Assembly: GCA_965197475.1 (NCBI GenBank)
Contig: CBDANF010000003.1
Coordinates: forward strand, 672,001 to 736,000
Length of the DNA: 64,000 nt
Reading direction: 5' to 3'
Source: Candidatus Poribacteria bacterium
GTDB taxonomy: Bacteria; Poribacteria; WGA-4E; WGA-3G
A program made the position numbers and the translations under genes. Numbering within the stretch: position 1 is the first letter of the stretch; each line of letters opens with the position of its first letter. Positions 38,928 to 49,266 of this stretch are shown piece by piece. Below the pieces are notes generated by a model. The model made no database searches and was not told where the DNA came from. It saw only the letters and a list, made by a program, of their open reading frames with translations.

Positions 38928-40331
38928 ATGGTTTTCAGTTTGCATATCTTTGTCTACTACTTTCTCCCGATTGCGTTACTCAGCTATTACCTACTTCCTC
39001 GTCAAGCGAAACATTTTGGACTGACACTTCTCAGTTATCTATTTTACGGTTGGGCAAATCCACCTTTTGTGGTGCTGATGTTTGCCTCAACGCTGATTGA
39101 TTATACGTGTGGTCGCGTTATCTCTGGAAGTGGACATCACCGTCATCGAAAAATCGCACTGACAATCTCTATCTGTTCAAACCTATCCCTTTTAGGCTTT
39201 TTCAAATACTTCAATTTCGGCATATCAAACTTTAATGCTATTCTGGACTGGTTGGGATTACCGATATGGGGCAGTGTTCTTGAGGTTACGCTTCCTCTCG
39301 GTATCAGTTTCTATACCTTCCAATCGATGAGTTATACGATAGATGTTTATCGTGGTGATGGCAAAGCAATTCGGAATTTCATAGATTTTGCCTGCTATGT
39401 GTCAATGTTCCCACAACTCGTCGCAGGTCCAATAATTCGGTTTTCAGAGGTTGCCGATCAACTTCAACATCGGACACACACGTTTGAAAAGTTCGCGCGG
39501 GGAATTGCTTTTTTCTCGTTGGGTATGGCGAAGAAGATTTTGTTAGCGAACCCTTGCGGTAAATGTGCCGACACAGTGTTTGATGCAGGTATAGTCAGCA
39601 CTGTTGATGCATGGTATGGCACAATTGCTTACGCCTTTCAAATCTATTTCGATTTTAGCGGTTATTCTGACATGGCGATCGGCTTAGGGTTAATGTTGGG
39701 GTTTACGTTTGCTAAAAACTTTGATGCCCCCTATCGTTCGGAATCTATTACGGAGTTTTGGCGCAAATGGCACATCTCGCTTTCCAGTTGGTTGCGAGAC
39801 TATCTCTATATTCCGCTTGGCGGAAACCGTCGAGGTCGGTCACGAACATATCTCAATTTAGCACTTGTGATGTTACTCGGAGGTTTATGGCACGGCGCAT
39901 CGTGGAATTTTGTTATCTGGGGTGGAATTCATGGTGGCATGCTTGCACTTGAACGAAATCGGGGAAAGACAAGCCACTACGAATCTCTGCCGAAACTTTT
40001 ACGAGTTGTGGCGACGTTTCTACTTGTGCTAATAACTTGGGTTTTCTTCCGAGCAACCGATTTGACGCATGCACTTACTTACCTGCGGTGTATGTTTAGT
40101 GGTGTTGACATCCAACTATCTATCGATTTAATAGCGGGTATTCTGTATCAACCTTACTATCTATTGACAATGTGCGTGGCGGGGATCGTAATCTGGAGTT
40201 TTCCACAGACGTGGGACTGGACACAATGCTTGACACCTATCCGAATAGGTATGTGTCTTCTGCTGTTCTTAGTCTCACTTGCTGTTTTGTCAACACAGAC
40301 GTATAATCCTTTTATCTATTTTATTTTTTAG
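38928..40331 (+). CDS. MBOAT family O-acyltransferase (AlgI/DltB-like)
   Basis: LPLGISFYTFQ, FPQLVAGPI, DFSGYSDMA, FWRKWHISLS, GLWHGA. Confidence 0.95.
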   Translation: MVFSLHIFVYYFLPIALLSYYLLPRQAKHFGLTLLSYLFYGWANPPFVVLMFASTLIDYTCGRVISGSGHHRHRKIALTISICSNLSLLGFFKYFNFGISNFNAILDWLGLPIWGSVLEVTLPLGISFYTFQSMSYTIDVYRGDGKAIRNFIDFACYVSMFPQLVAGPIIRFSEVADQLQHRTHTFEKFARGIAFFSLGMAKKILLANPCGKCADTVFDAGIVSTVDAWYGTIAYAFQIYFDFSGYSDMAIGLGLMLGFTFAKNFDAPYRSESITEFWRKWHISLSSWLRDYLYIPLGGNRRGRSRTYLNLALVMLLGGLWHGASWNFVIWGGIHGGMLALERNRGKTSHYESLPKLLRVVATFLLVLITWVFFRATDLTHALTYLRCMFSGVDIQLSIDLIAGILYQPYYLLTMCVAGIVIWSFPQTWDWTQCLTPIRIGMCLLLFLVSLAVLSTQTYNPFIYFIF

Positions 40332-40333
40332 AC

Positions 40334-41920
40334 ATGCGAAACTTAGCTGAACACCGTAGAGAAACAGCCATAAAAGAGCTTGGCAACACACTTGTGAAAC
40401 GAAACGTGTGCATAATTAGTGTTTTCATCTTCGGTGTTGCCCTTCTATGTGTGCCATTTTGCCAGTTTATCTCAGAAATTCGACGCGGCGAGTTTCCTCA
40501 GGCTTTTCGCGCTTATGAACTATTGTCAGAGCCTAAACGCGAAGCCATTGAAAAATACGAGGACGTGTTAGAGGACGAATCCGTGCTTACGAATTGGCTG
40601 TTGCCGAGTGTGCAGTCAGTGTTGACGGGGTTGTTTCACACTGGTAACGAACAGGTCTATTTGGGACGTGATGAGTGGTTGTTCTATCGTGCCGATATTG
40701 ATTCGCTGATCGGTCTCAGCAATGATCATTTCCAAACACGACAAAAAATAAGTCAGACGCATGGTAAGTACCACGATGCGCTCAAAGCAATTGTGGATTT
40801 CAAGCGTCAGTTAGAAAAACGTGATATTACACTCATCGTGATGCCGACTCCTGTTAAACCGTCGATTCATCCAGAAAAGTTCTCAGCGCGCCACCAAAAT
40901 CCTAATGCACCGCTACACAATCCCACCTACGCAAAATTTGTTGAGGCACTTGTGTCGAATGGTGTTCTGGTGTATGACCCATCCGAACTTCTCTTTGAAG
41001 CTTCGCGCCAAAATGCACAGTATCTCAAAACAGATACGCATTGGCGGCCGGAAGCAGTGGAAAGCGTCGCAAAAAATCTTGCAATATTTATCGCTGAACG
41101 TGTGGAATTCGCCAATGCTCCAACAGCTGCTTACACTAAAACCGCAACCGAAGTCGTTAACATAGGTGACATCGCAAAAATGCTGAACCTACGAGAGCAT
41201 CAAACCCTGTTTCAGCCTGAACACGTCACATCTCACGTTATCCAGACCCAGGCAGGTGAACCGTGGCAACCCGAACGTAATGCTGAGATTCTGTTTCTGG
41301 GAGACAGTTTCAGTAATATCTATTCGCTTGCTGGCATGGGATGGGGAGAATCGGCGGGCTTCGTTGCACACCTCAGCGCGGAACTCTCGCGACTGATAGA
41401 TAAGATAGTAATTAACGCTGGTGGGGCACTTGCAACCCGCCAAGCACTTGCGCAGCAGGTTGAGAGGCTTGACGGTAAACGTGTCCTTGTCTATCAGTTT
41501 GGGACGCGAGAACTATTTTCTGGCGACTGGAAGCTACTACCGATGCCACAAATTCAATCTGTATCAGTAGGTGAGAATGTAAAACCAACACTACTGAATG
41601 ATGAGATAACCCTTACCGCTTCTGTAAAAGACATAACAAATCCACCTGCTCCGGGTAGCGTGCCATATACTGAATGTATCATAGCGATTCATCTTGAAAA
41701 CGTCAAAATACCTGAACTTCCTGAAGAATTCGTTGTGTTTGTCTGGGGAATGCGTGAAAACAAGTGGACAGAAGCTGCTACATTTAAAGTCGGACAGAAA
41801 GTGAAGTTGCGCCTCCGACCGTGGGATTCCGTTCAAGCAGACTACGAAAGCTACAACCGTAAAGAATTGGAAAATGAAGAGGCATGGTTACTGGATGTCT
41901 ACTGGGGAGAGATTCCGTGA
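40334..41920 (+). CDS. AlgJ/AlgX-type SGNH O-acetyltransferase with C-terminal extra domain
   Basis: GRDEWLFY, PTPVKPSIHPE, KTDTHW, LGDSF. Confidence 0.85.
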   Translation: MRNLAEHRRETAIKELGNTLVKRNVCIISVFIFGVALLCVPFCQFISEIRRGEFPQAFRAYELLSEPKREAIEKYEDVLEDESVLTNWLLPSVQSVLTGLFHTGNEQVYLGRDEWLFYRADIDSLIGLSNDHFQTRQKISQTHGKYHDALKAIVDFKRQLEKRDITLIVMPTPVKPSIHPEKFSARHQNPNAPLHNPTYAKFVEALVSNGVLVYDPSELLFEASRQNAQYLKTDTHWRPEAVESVAKNLAIFIAERVEFANAPTAAYTKTATEVVNIGDIAKMLNLREHQTLFQPEHVTSHVIQTQAGEPWQPERNAEILFLGDSFSNIYSLAGMGWGESAGFVAHLSAELSRLIDKIVINAGGALATRQALAQQVERLDGKRVLVYQFGTRELFSGDWKLLPMPQIQSVSVGENVKPTLLNDEITLTASVKDITNPPAPGSVPYTECIIAIHLENVKIPELPEEFVVFVWGMRENKWTEAATFKVGQKVKLRLRPWDSVQADYESYNRKELENEEAWLLDVYWGEIP

Positions 41921-43013
41921 TGCTATTGAAAATGAGACCTCTAAAGATGGTCTTGCAAGCTGCATCCTACATGCAATTGTCTATTCTATCTCTGTTATTA
42001 TTAACAGGGGGAGTCTGTCATCCTGATTTTGCGCTTGCTGAACCGGATCTTTTTGTTCAGTCGCTGACTGAAAAAGTTGCTGAAGCAGAAAGACAAAAAA
42101 TAACCGTCGTCACCGGAAAAGAGGGATGGTTATTCTTTGCTCCTGAGCTGCGACATCTGAGTGTTGGACAATTTTGGGGAGACGCTGCAAAGAAAGTCAG
42201 TCAAGCATCAAATCCGGAGTTCGCCGATCCACTTCCGGCAATTCTCGATTTCAAAGCGCAATTGGACACAGCAGGTATCAATCTAATTTTTGTTCCTATA
42301 CCTGCAAAAGCTTCCATTTATCCTGAGATGATTTCGGAACACGGTACAGCAAAACCGCGCACCGATCAACACCATATCAAATTTTACGACGTTTTGCGAG
42401 AAAAGGGTGTTAATGTATTGGATCTAACCGATCTATTTATTCAGAATCGGTTTACTGAAGTGGTCCATTGTATTGCAAACAGGATACGCATTGGTCAGGA
42501 CAGGCATGTGTTCTGGCAGCAGAAGCAATTGCAAAAGCCATCGGCGCACTGCCTTGGATGGCACAAATTCCCAAACGCAAGGCAAAGACTGAAACACGGA
42601 CTGTTGAAATAACTGGCGACCTCTGGAAAGAACTTGGCAATAAAGATTTACAGAAAGAACAATTACAACTTGCTTATGTCATAGAAGATGGAGGATCAAC
42701 TACGAACACACAGCCATTTGGTGCATCGTGGCGATTGAGTCCTGTTGTGCTGTTAGGGGATAGTCATAATCTTGTTTTTCATGCTGGAGGTGATATGCAC
42801 GCGCAGGGGACAGGTTTACCAGACCATCTCGCCCACCAACTTGGGTTTCCCGTGGATGTGGTAGCAGTTCGTGGTTCTGGTGCAACCCCATCCCGATTAA
42901 ACCTGTTCCGGAGGCGTGATAAAATGAAAGGGAAGCGAGTTGTTATCTGGTGTCTCAGCGTTCGAGAGTTCACAGAGGGACAAGGTTGGCATAAGGTTCC
43001 GGTGATAAAATAA
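41920..43013 (+). CDS. AlgJ/AlgX-type SGNH O-acetyltransferase (one frameshift at ~42459)
   Basis: GKEGWLFF, PAKASIYPE in ORF 41884-42612 and KQDTHW, LGDSH in ORF 42468-43013; one extra A in 'actgaagtggt' restores RFTESGPLYCKQDTHW. Confidence 0.75.
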
Positions 43014-43101
43014 TCGGCAGGGCACGGGGACCCCGCCCTACAATGTTAGCTGGCATTGCAAACGCTAAATTGTAGGCTTCATCCACTGTTTGAGAGGATT
43101 T

Positions 43102-44250
43102 CTAAACATCGCCTGCTGCTTGACGTTCCAACTCCCCGCGCCACCCAAGAACCATTCCAGATTTGATATGCTTAATGTCAAACCCTGTGTATCGATCCTC
43201 AAGGGTATCGCCGAGTTTTTGGGTTTCTACCCAGCGGTCCCAAGCGGTCTTCATCCATTTGTGCGGTAGAGCCTCTCTTACTTCCGGATCAAGTTGCCAC
43301 GCGTGCCGCACGTCCGTTACTGACGGTTCTCCTGTGAATTCGCCTGACCATTTTGACCAACCGATTGACAAAGTATTCCGTTCGCGTTCAGGGACGGTAT
43401 GTCCTGTATGGATCGTAGCACCATTTCGGATGAGTGCTTCTCCTGGCTTCAACCGAATCGCTACTTGCCCGGGTAATGGGTCAACACCGTTCCAACTGGG
43501 TGTGTGCGGAACGCCCTGATCTTTCATCCCTTTAGGCAGAAGTACGTCATGCTCATAAGGGGTTCGCCATCGGTCATGGCTATCCGGAATAAGTTCGTGG
43601 CATTCGTCGTCCGCAAGTGCCAAAAACATGCTCACGCCATTGCGCTCTTTGAGATTCTTAGCATTCCTTTCACGAATTTCTTTCCAGCGGATTCTCTCGA
43701 CTTCTTTGGAATATGCCTCAGGACCATCACCGCGGACCTCCCGTTGAGCGAAGTAGCTCTTTCCCGTGCCCCACCATGTTACGTCTCGGTGCCACCCGAG
43801 TTTGTTCTCATGCGTTCTTGGATTTGCCCACAGCAGCATGCCACTCATTGATAGGTCTTCAGGCTGGAGCCCGTGGCACCAAGAAGCAACGAAGTCTAAG
43901 AAATCTGTTGAACCGTGGAATTCAGCAAAACATGTTTCTCCAAAAGCAGGGTGAATGAGTCCGCGAATTGCCCACGGTTGCTCCTGTCCAGTCCGATGGA
44001 CATACCCTTTTGAACAGTCAATTTTGTCATACTTGTTTTCAGGTGTGCATGCCTCTGTAACGCGTCTGCCTGCCTCCCTAATAATTGGAATCCAAGGATT
44101 ATCAACAAAGTCGTTGATAATGACAAAACCGTGTTCCTTCAAGTGATCTAAACGTTCTGGTGTAGCTCCATGTGCTGAATGTTCAGGATTGAAATCAGCG
44201 AAAGCATTTGCGCGATAAGTTTCCGTTGTCGGTGATTCATTAACGTTCAT
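43102..44250 (-). CDS. Phytanoyl-CoA dioxygenase (PhyH) family protein
   Basis: HGFVII, WHRD, IPDSH, IHTG Fe/2OG motif; GGAGG RBS. Confidence 0.8.
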   Translation of the reverse strand: MNVNESPTTETYRANAFADFNPEHSAHGATPERLDHLKEHGFVIINDFVDNPWIPIIREAGRRVTEACTPENKYDKIDCSKGYVHRTGQEQPWAIRGLIHPAFGETCFAEFHGSTDFLDFVASWCHGLQPEDLSMSGMLLWANPRTHENKLGWHRDVTWWGTGKSYFAQREVRGDGPEAYSKEVERIRWKEIRERNAKNLKERNGVSMFLALADDECHELIPDSHDRWRTPYEHDVLLPKGMKDQGVPHTPSWNGVDPLPGQVAIRLKPGEALIRNGATIHTGHTVPERERNTLSIGWSKWSGEFTGEPSVTDVRHAWQLDPEVREALPHKWMKTAWDRWVETQKLGDTLEDRYTGFDIKHIKSGMVLGWRGELERQAAGDV

Positions 44251-44502
44251 TTACATTCCCTCCTTTTGGTGTGTGCTGAGAATGTTGTTTTGCACCGAAG
44301 TCGTCTTAAGCGTATAAGTGATAGATCGAATTTTGTTCTATGTTGCCAAGGCCATGGTGTCGGAATTATGACATTAAATTGTTAATTTGTCAAAATTTAT
44401 AATTTGTGCAAATAGGCAGTGCCGATTATCCAAAAAGCCACTTGACAAAATTCCCGATAAAATGATAAAATTAAACCCTAAACACAAAGAAAGGATAGCA
44501 AT

Positions 44503-45609
44503 ATGGCATCACAAACCGAATTACAATCAATGTTAAACGCACCCATTGCTTTAGCACCGAATACATACTTGCACTTTTACAACGGGGGGAAACTCCGTGC
44601 TGAATTTATGGGTGAACCCGATCCGAAAGATGACTATTACTCTGAAGAATGGATTTTCTCCACAAATAGGGCGATTACCCCCGGCAGAGATAACCCACCA
44701 GAAAAAGGGTTCAGTCTGATTGAACTCCCGAGTGGAGAGGTAGTCTTACTAAAAGAGTTGTTGGATGCATACCCAGAAGAGACGCTTGGTAGCGCGCACA
44801 TAGCGAAATATGACACCGATTTAGGCGTACTTCTCAAGATTTTTGATGTCGGCGAAGGCGCACATATCCCCATCCACTGGCATCCAAACCCAGATTTTGC
44901 ACAGGAACACCTTAACTCACCCTTCGGCAAAAACGAAGCATGGATATTAATCGGTACGCGCCCCGGAGCAAAGGCATGGATAGGTTGGAAGGAAGCTATA
45001 GACAAAGCCGAATTTCGCCGTCTGATGGAAGCACAAGATATCGAAACACTGCGAAGCCTCCTGCACGTCGTTGAACCCAAGGTTGGAGAAGTCTACTTCT
45101 TACGGACACCAATTGTCCATTCACTCGGCACAGGGCTTTGCGTGCTTGAACCGCAGGAACCGACCGACTGGAACATCCTCGCCGAATGGGAAGGATTTCC
45201 ATACAATAGAGAAGATGGACACCTCGGTCTCGGATGGGATTTGGCTGTAGACGCTGCTGAATTTGACAAACTTGAGTTGGACTATCTAAACAACTACATC
45301 CGACGGACACCGGAACTTGTCAGAGCAGAAGGCGATAACCGTGAAGACCGAATCGTACCAGAGGAAGCATCAAAATTCTTCGGATGCTCACGTTTGACGG
45401 TAAACTCAACGATCAGCATGCCATCGGGAAATGGTTTCTATGCGCTCGTAACATTGGGTGGTGAAGGTGTCCTACGTGGTGACTTTGAAGATGTCCCACT
45501 CAAACGCGGCAAATCTGTTTTCATTCCGCGATGCCTATCCAGTTACGTCATCGTCAGTACTGGTGATACACCGATGGAGGTTATCTGTTGCTATCCGCCA
45601 AGTCTTTAA
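44503..45609 (+). CDS. Class I mannose-6-phosphate isomerase-like cupin
   Basis: SEEW, LLKIFD, IHWHP, GKNEAW, VHSLG, EPQEPTD. Confidence 0.8.
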   Translation: MASQTELQSMLNAPIALAPNTYLHFYNGGKLRAEFMGEPDPKDDYYSEEWIFSTNRAITPGRDNPPEKGFSLIELPSGEVVLLKELLDAYPEETLGSAHIAKYDTDLGVLLKIFDVGEGAHIPIHWHPNPDFAQEHLNSPFGKNEAWILIGTRPGAKAWIGWKEAIDKAEFRRLMEAQDIETLRSLLHVVEPKVGEVYFLRTPIVHSLGTGLCVLEPQEPTDWNILAEWEGFPYNREDGHLGLGWDLAVDAAEFDKLELDYLNNYIRRTPELVRAEGDNREDRIVPEEASKFFGCSRLTVNSTISMPSGNGFYALVTLGGEGVLRGDFEDVPLKRGKSVFIPRCLSSYVIVSTGDTPMEVICCYPPSL

Positions 45610-45650
45610 AGGCAGTAGGCACACGCAGCGTGATGCAACGGTAGCACACA

Positions 45651-46868
45651 ATGTTAGACTTTAAGCCTCCGAAACCGAATATGACCGCGATAAAGGTGGC
45701 AAAAGCAATTGTGCCATTTGTCAATCGGTTGTACGTAAACGGGTTAACGTTAGACATCGATTCAGAATCGATTGCGAGGTTAAAATCGACTCATAAACAA
45801 CCTACGTTAATAGCACCAAACCACGCAGCGTTAGCCGACCCAGTGGTCGTGTTTCTGTTGTCAAAACATATATCGCAACCGTTTTACTATTTGGCAGCCA
45901 GAGATACATTTGACAGAGGTAGATTCGGTGGAATCCGTAGTTTTCTGATGCAACGACTTGGTGTTTATTCCATTGTGCGCGGCACTGTTGATAGAAGTGC
46001 TTTCAGAACGACTCGGCAACTATTAACTGAAGGAAAATGGCCACTTGTCATCTTTGGTGAGGGAGAAATATCAAGTCAAAACGACACCGTCCTGCGCTTT
46101 GAGAGAGGTATCATACAACTCTGCTTCTGGGCAATAGACGATATGAAAAAAAGAAACATTGATAAACCCCTCTATGTTGTTCCCCTTGGTATCAAATATC
46201 ACTATACACAAGATATGTGGGATGTCATTGATGATGCGCTCACTGCGTTAGAGCGACACATTCTCCCATCGGCAGCGCGCACACCAATAGAACGGTACCA
46301 ACGACTGAGACGCATCGGAATCGCTGTTCTATCAACACTTGCTGATGAGTATCAATTCAAAATAGAACCCACCGCTTCGCTCAACGAGCAAATTCAGGGA
46401 CTCAAGGAACAGATATTATCTCACGCTGAAAAGGTTATGGGTATCCATTCCGATAACGATGTCCTAACTCGCGTTCGTGCGTTGAAAAATATTGTTGATG
46501 CTGAAGTTTATAAAGATGTTGATGAAATGACGGAGTATGAACGCAAAATACATGAAGAACACCTTCAGAAATTCCAACTATTCTATCCAGATTTGAATAG
46601 GTTAATTAATTTCATCGCTATATCGGATGGGTATGTCGCTGAAGAACATTCTCCAGAACGTTATCTTGAAGTGATATTCAGATTGGAAAAAGAAGTTTTT
46701 GGAACAGCAAAGATGCGGGGACCACGCGTCGCGTCAATACACGCTGGTGAACCGAAAAATCTTTTGGACCACTACGATACTTACAAGACTCAGAAGAGAG
46801 AGACAGTCGAGCAGATCACAATTGAACTGGAGACTGAAGTTCAAAATTTGATTATAGGATTATCATAA
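45651..46868 (+). CDS. Phospholipid/glycerol acyltransferase (PlsC-like)
   Basis: NHAALAD (HX4D), VIFGEGE motifs. Confidence 0.85.
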   Translation: MLDFKPPKPNMTAIKVAKAIVPFVNRLYVNGLTLDIDSESIARLKSTHKQPTLIAPNHAALADPVVVFLLSKHISQPFYYLAARDTFDRGRFGGIRSFLMQRLGVYSIVRGTVDRSAFRTTRQLLTEGKWPLVIFGEGEISSQNDTVLRFERGIIQLCFWAIDDMKKRNIDKPLYVVPLGIKYHYTQDMWDVIDDALTALERHILPSAARTPIERYQRLRRIGIAVLSTLADEYQFKIEPTASLNEQIQGLKEQILSHAEKVMGIHSDNDVLTRVRALKNIVDAEVYKDVDEMTEYERKIHEEHLQKFQLFYPDLNRLINFIAISDGYVAEEHSPERYLEVIFRLEKEVFGTAKMRGPRVASIHAGEPKNLLDHYDTYKTQKRETVEQITIELETEVQNLIIGLS

Positions 46869-46993
46869 AACAGAACCTATTTCAGGAAGTAAAGTGAAAA
46901 TGTCTAAGGTTGTTGAAAACTGAAACCTACTTCCAACATTAGACATTTAGCGGCTTTAGTAGAATTCCTAAATTATTCCTATAGGAGGAAAAC

Positions 46994-47908
46994 ATGGCAA
47001 AAAAATTGTCAATTGGAAGTTGGGCTTACGCATTTGGACCTTATGAAGATAACCCTGTCCCGTTTGATGATGTCGTCAAACGTCTCGGCGAACTCGAATT
47101 TGACGGTGTTGAAATCGGGGCATTTAAACCGCATATTGACATTAACGATTATCCAATGAAAAGCGACCGTGATGCTGTCAAAGGCTTAATTAGTTACTAC
47201 GGCTTGGAAGTATCCGGATTAGCAGCTGATTTCTGGTCGCACCCCGGTCCGGCAACGGACGAAGCACAAGAGGATGATAGGTACTACAAGTTATTTAAGG
47301 AAAACCTTCAACTTGCGCTTGATCTCGGTTCGCCTTCAATACGAGTAGATACTGTTACCGGTGCTGAGGATGAAATTCAGGGTGTTGAGCGAGGAGAAGC
47401 ATGGGATCGGATCGCTTCCGTTTGGAGACGTTGTGCCCAAGTCGCGGAAGACCACGGCGTGCTGATGCTCTGGGAATTTGAACCTGGATTTATGTTCAAT
47501 AAACCCAGCGATATTATCAATATGCCGCAGGCTGTGAATCACCCGAATTTCAAGGTGATGTTTGATACATGCCACGCGCAAATGTGCGCAACTGTTGGTG
47601 CACGGCAGGTCGGTGAAAAGGAGACACTTGGCGATAATGGCGTCATTGAACTCGCGCGGCAACTCAAAGGTGAAATTGGACACTTCCACCTCATTGACTC
47701 CGACAATACGCTCCATGGTGACGAAACCAGCACACATGCACCTTTTGGAGATGGCGTGTTAGACTTTGATGAAATTATCCCTGTCATCATGGATGAAACA
47801 GGATACGATGGTGAGTGGTTTTCAATCGATCTCTGTTTCTGGCCGGAAGCATGGGAAGTCACGGAAAACGCTAAGAAGTTCCTTACGCCTTATTTAGAAA
47901 GGTATTAA
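46994..47908 (+). CDS. Sugar phosphate isomerase/epimerase
   Basis: FDGVE, WEFEPGF, FDTCH, HFHLID motifs; GGAGG RBS. Confidence 0.85.
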   Translation: MAKKLSIGSWAYAFGPYEDNPVPFDDVVKRLGELEFDGVEIGAFKPHIDINDYPMKSDRDAVKGLISYYGLEVSGLAADFWSHPGPATDEAQEDDRYYKLFKENLQLALDLGSPSIRVDTVTGAEDEIQGVERGEAWDRIASVWRRCAQVAEDHGVLMLWEFEPGFMFNKPSDIINMPQAVNHPNFKVMFDTCHAQMCATVGARQVGEKETLGDNGVIELARQLKGEIGHFHLIDSDNTLHGDETSTHAPFGDGVLDFDEIIPVIMDETGYDGEWFSIDLCFWPEAWEVTENAKKFLTPYLERY

Positions 47909-47970
47909 GGATTTTGCAAAGCAGAAATGGCGCGGCTTCAAACCGCGCCTATTAAATAAGGTGTCAAGCA

Positions 47971-48423
47971 GTGAAGAGAGGAAAGAAGCCCAAAAAAAGG
48001 AAACGAGGTCCGGCATCTCGCGCACGAATACGAGCCAATCTTGCACAGTTACGAACCACTAAAATTCTTTTGCAAGAAAGCGAGCGCATACTGAACCGAC
48101 TTAAGGAACTTGAAGAAGAAACTCGGGAATGTTACGAAAGCGTACTCAAACGGTATTCGCTGTCAATGGAAGATCAGGAGGAGTTAGAGCGAGAGTGGAA
48201 ACTCGGTTTGCAGATCATCACTGACTATGAAGATGCAACCCAAGAAGAACTTTCTTACCTTGATATAAGTGTCTATAACTCGGAACCTCTTAGCGATCCT
48301 ATAGATTGGGAAACCTCAGAAGCGTTTTGGCGAGCCAGTTTTGATTTGGCAAATGCGTTAGGACTAGCACTGATTACAATTGACGAGGCAGGAAATATCA
48401 ACGGAGAGATAGTCAACTATTAA
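47971..48423 (+). CDS. Hypothetical protein
   Basis: 150-aa ORF, basic N-terminus and acidic helical body; no family recognised. Confidence 0.55.
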   Translation: MKRGKKPKKRKRGPASRARIRANLAQLRTTKILLQESERILNRLKELEEETRECYESVLKRYSLSMEDQEELEREWKLGLQIITDYEDATQEELSYLDISVYNSEPLSDPIDWETSEAFWRASFDLANALGLALITIDEAGNINGEIVNY

Positions 48424-48689
48424 AGATGATTTCATGTGTAGATAGGTAAAATTGGAACATTTTGGTATCAATCTAATTTCTTCTATACACTTGCCGGCCG
48501 GCTGAGTTTTTACTACGTTAACGTGGGTTTGATAAAAAGATGCAATGACTACTGTCCGTTGGGTAGAACGGAATACACAATAAAATCCGACATCAAAGTG
48601 TGATTCATTCTCCATTTAAACTGAAAACACCGAAAAATAAGTGAAACCCAACTCTTTTTATTTTTTGGATGGTCACTCGGAATCAAATA

Positions 48690-49206
48690 TCGAACTCACG
48701 TTAATATAATACGCAATTAACGCGATTTGTCCTGTGAGGTCCCCGTGCCTCACAATGCTAACCGCTACGTAGAAAACTTCGAATCAAGTTAATTTGGTAT
48801 AATACCAAATTAACGGGATTTGTCTTATTTTCTGGACGGTAGGTGCGGTTTCTAACCGCACCATAGGCGTCAATTTAAGGAAAGAACTCGTTTGTAGTCG
48901 CGCAATTCACGCGCCTCTTATATTCAAAGAAAAGAGGCGCGTGAATTGCGCGACTACGAACGCAGATATTCTCGTCCTTTGCGTTATTTGAGATGTTGGG
49001 ACAAAAAGGAGCAGTTAAGAAACCGCACCTACCGGGTTAGGGACCGCTAAATTGACGCTAATGGTGCGGTTAGAAACCGCACCTACCGAGTGGGATCAAG
49101 TTAATTTGGTATAATACCAAATTAACGGGATTATTAGTTTTCTACGTAGCGGTTAGCATTGCGAGGCACGGGGACCTCGCGCTACACATCGCGTTAATTG
49201 GGTATA
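48690..49206. repeat. Nested MITE/REPIN array
   Basis: Outer IR 48710-48778/49136-49204, 38-bp direct repeat 48783-48820/49095-49132, inner IRs 48837-48877/49048-49088 and 48889-48919/48932-48962. Confidence 0.9.
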
Positions 49207-49266
49207 ACACATCGCTTTACGGATATTTATATGCCTTCTGAAACAGTCGGAAAATTTGGGCAACAC

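Noticed and set aside
48783-49132. Two identical 38-bp palindromic repeats as a CRISPR array
   Set aside because: Only two copies, ~275 bp apart, with REP doublets between them and no cas genes; better explained as MITE end-to-end junctions
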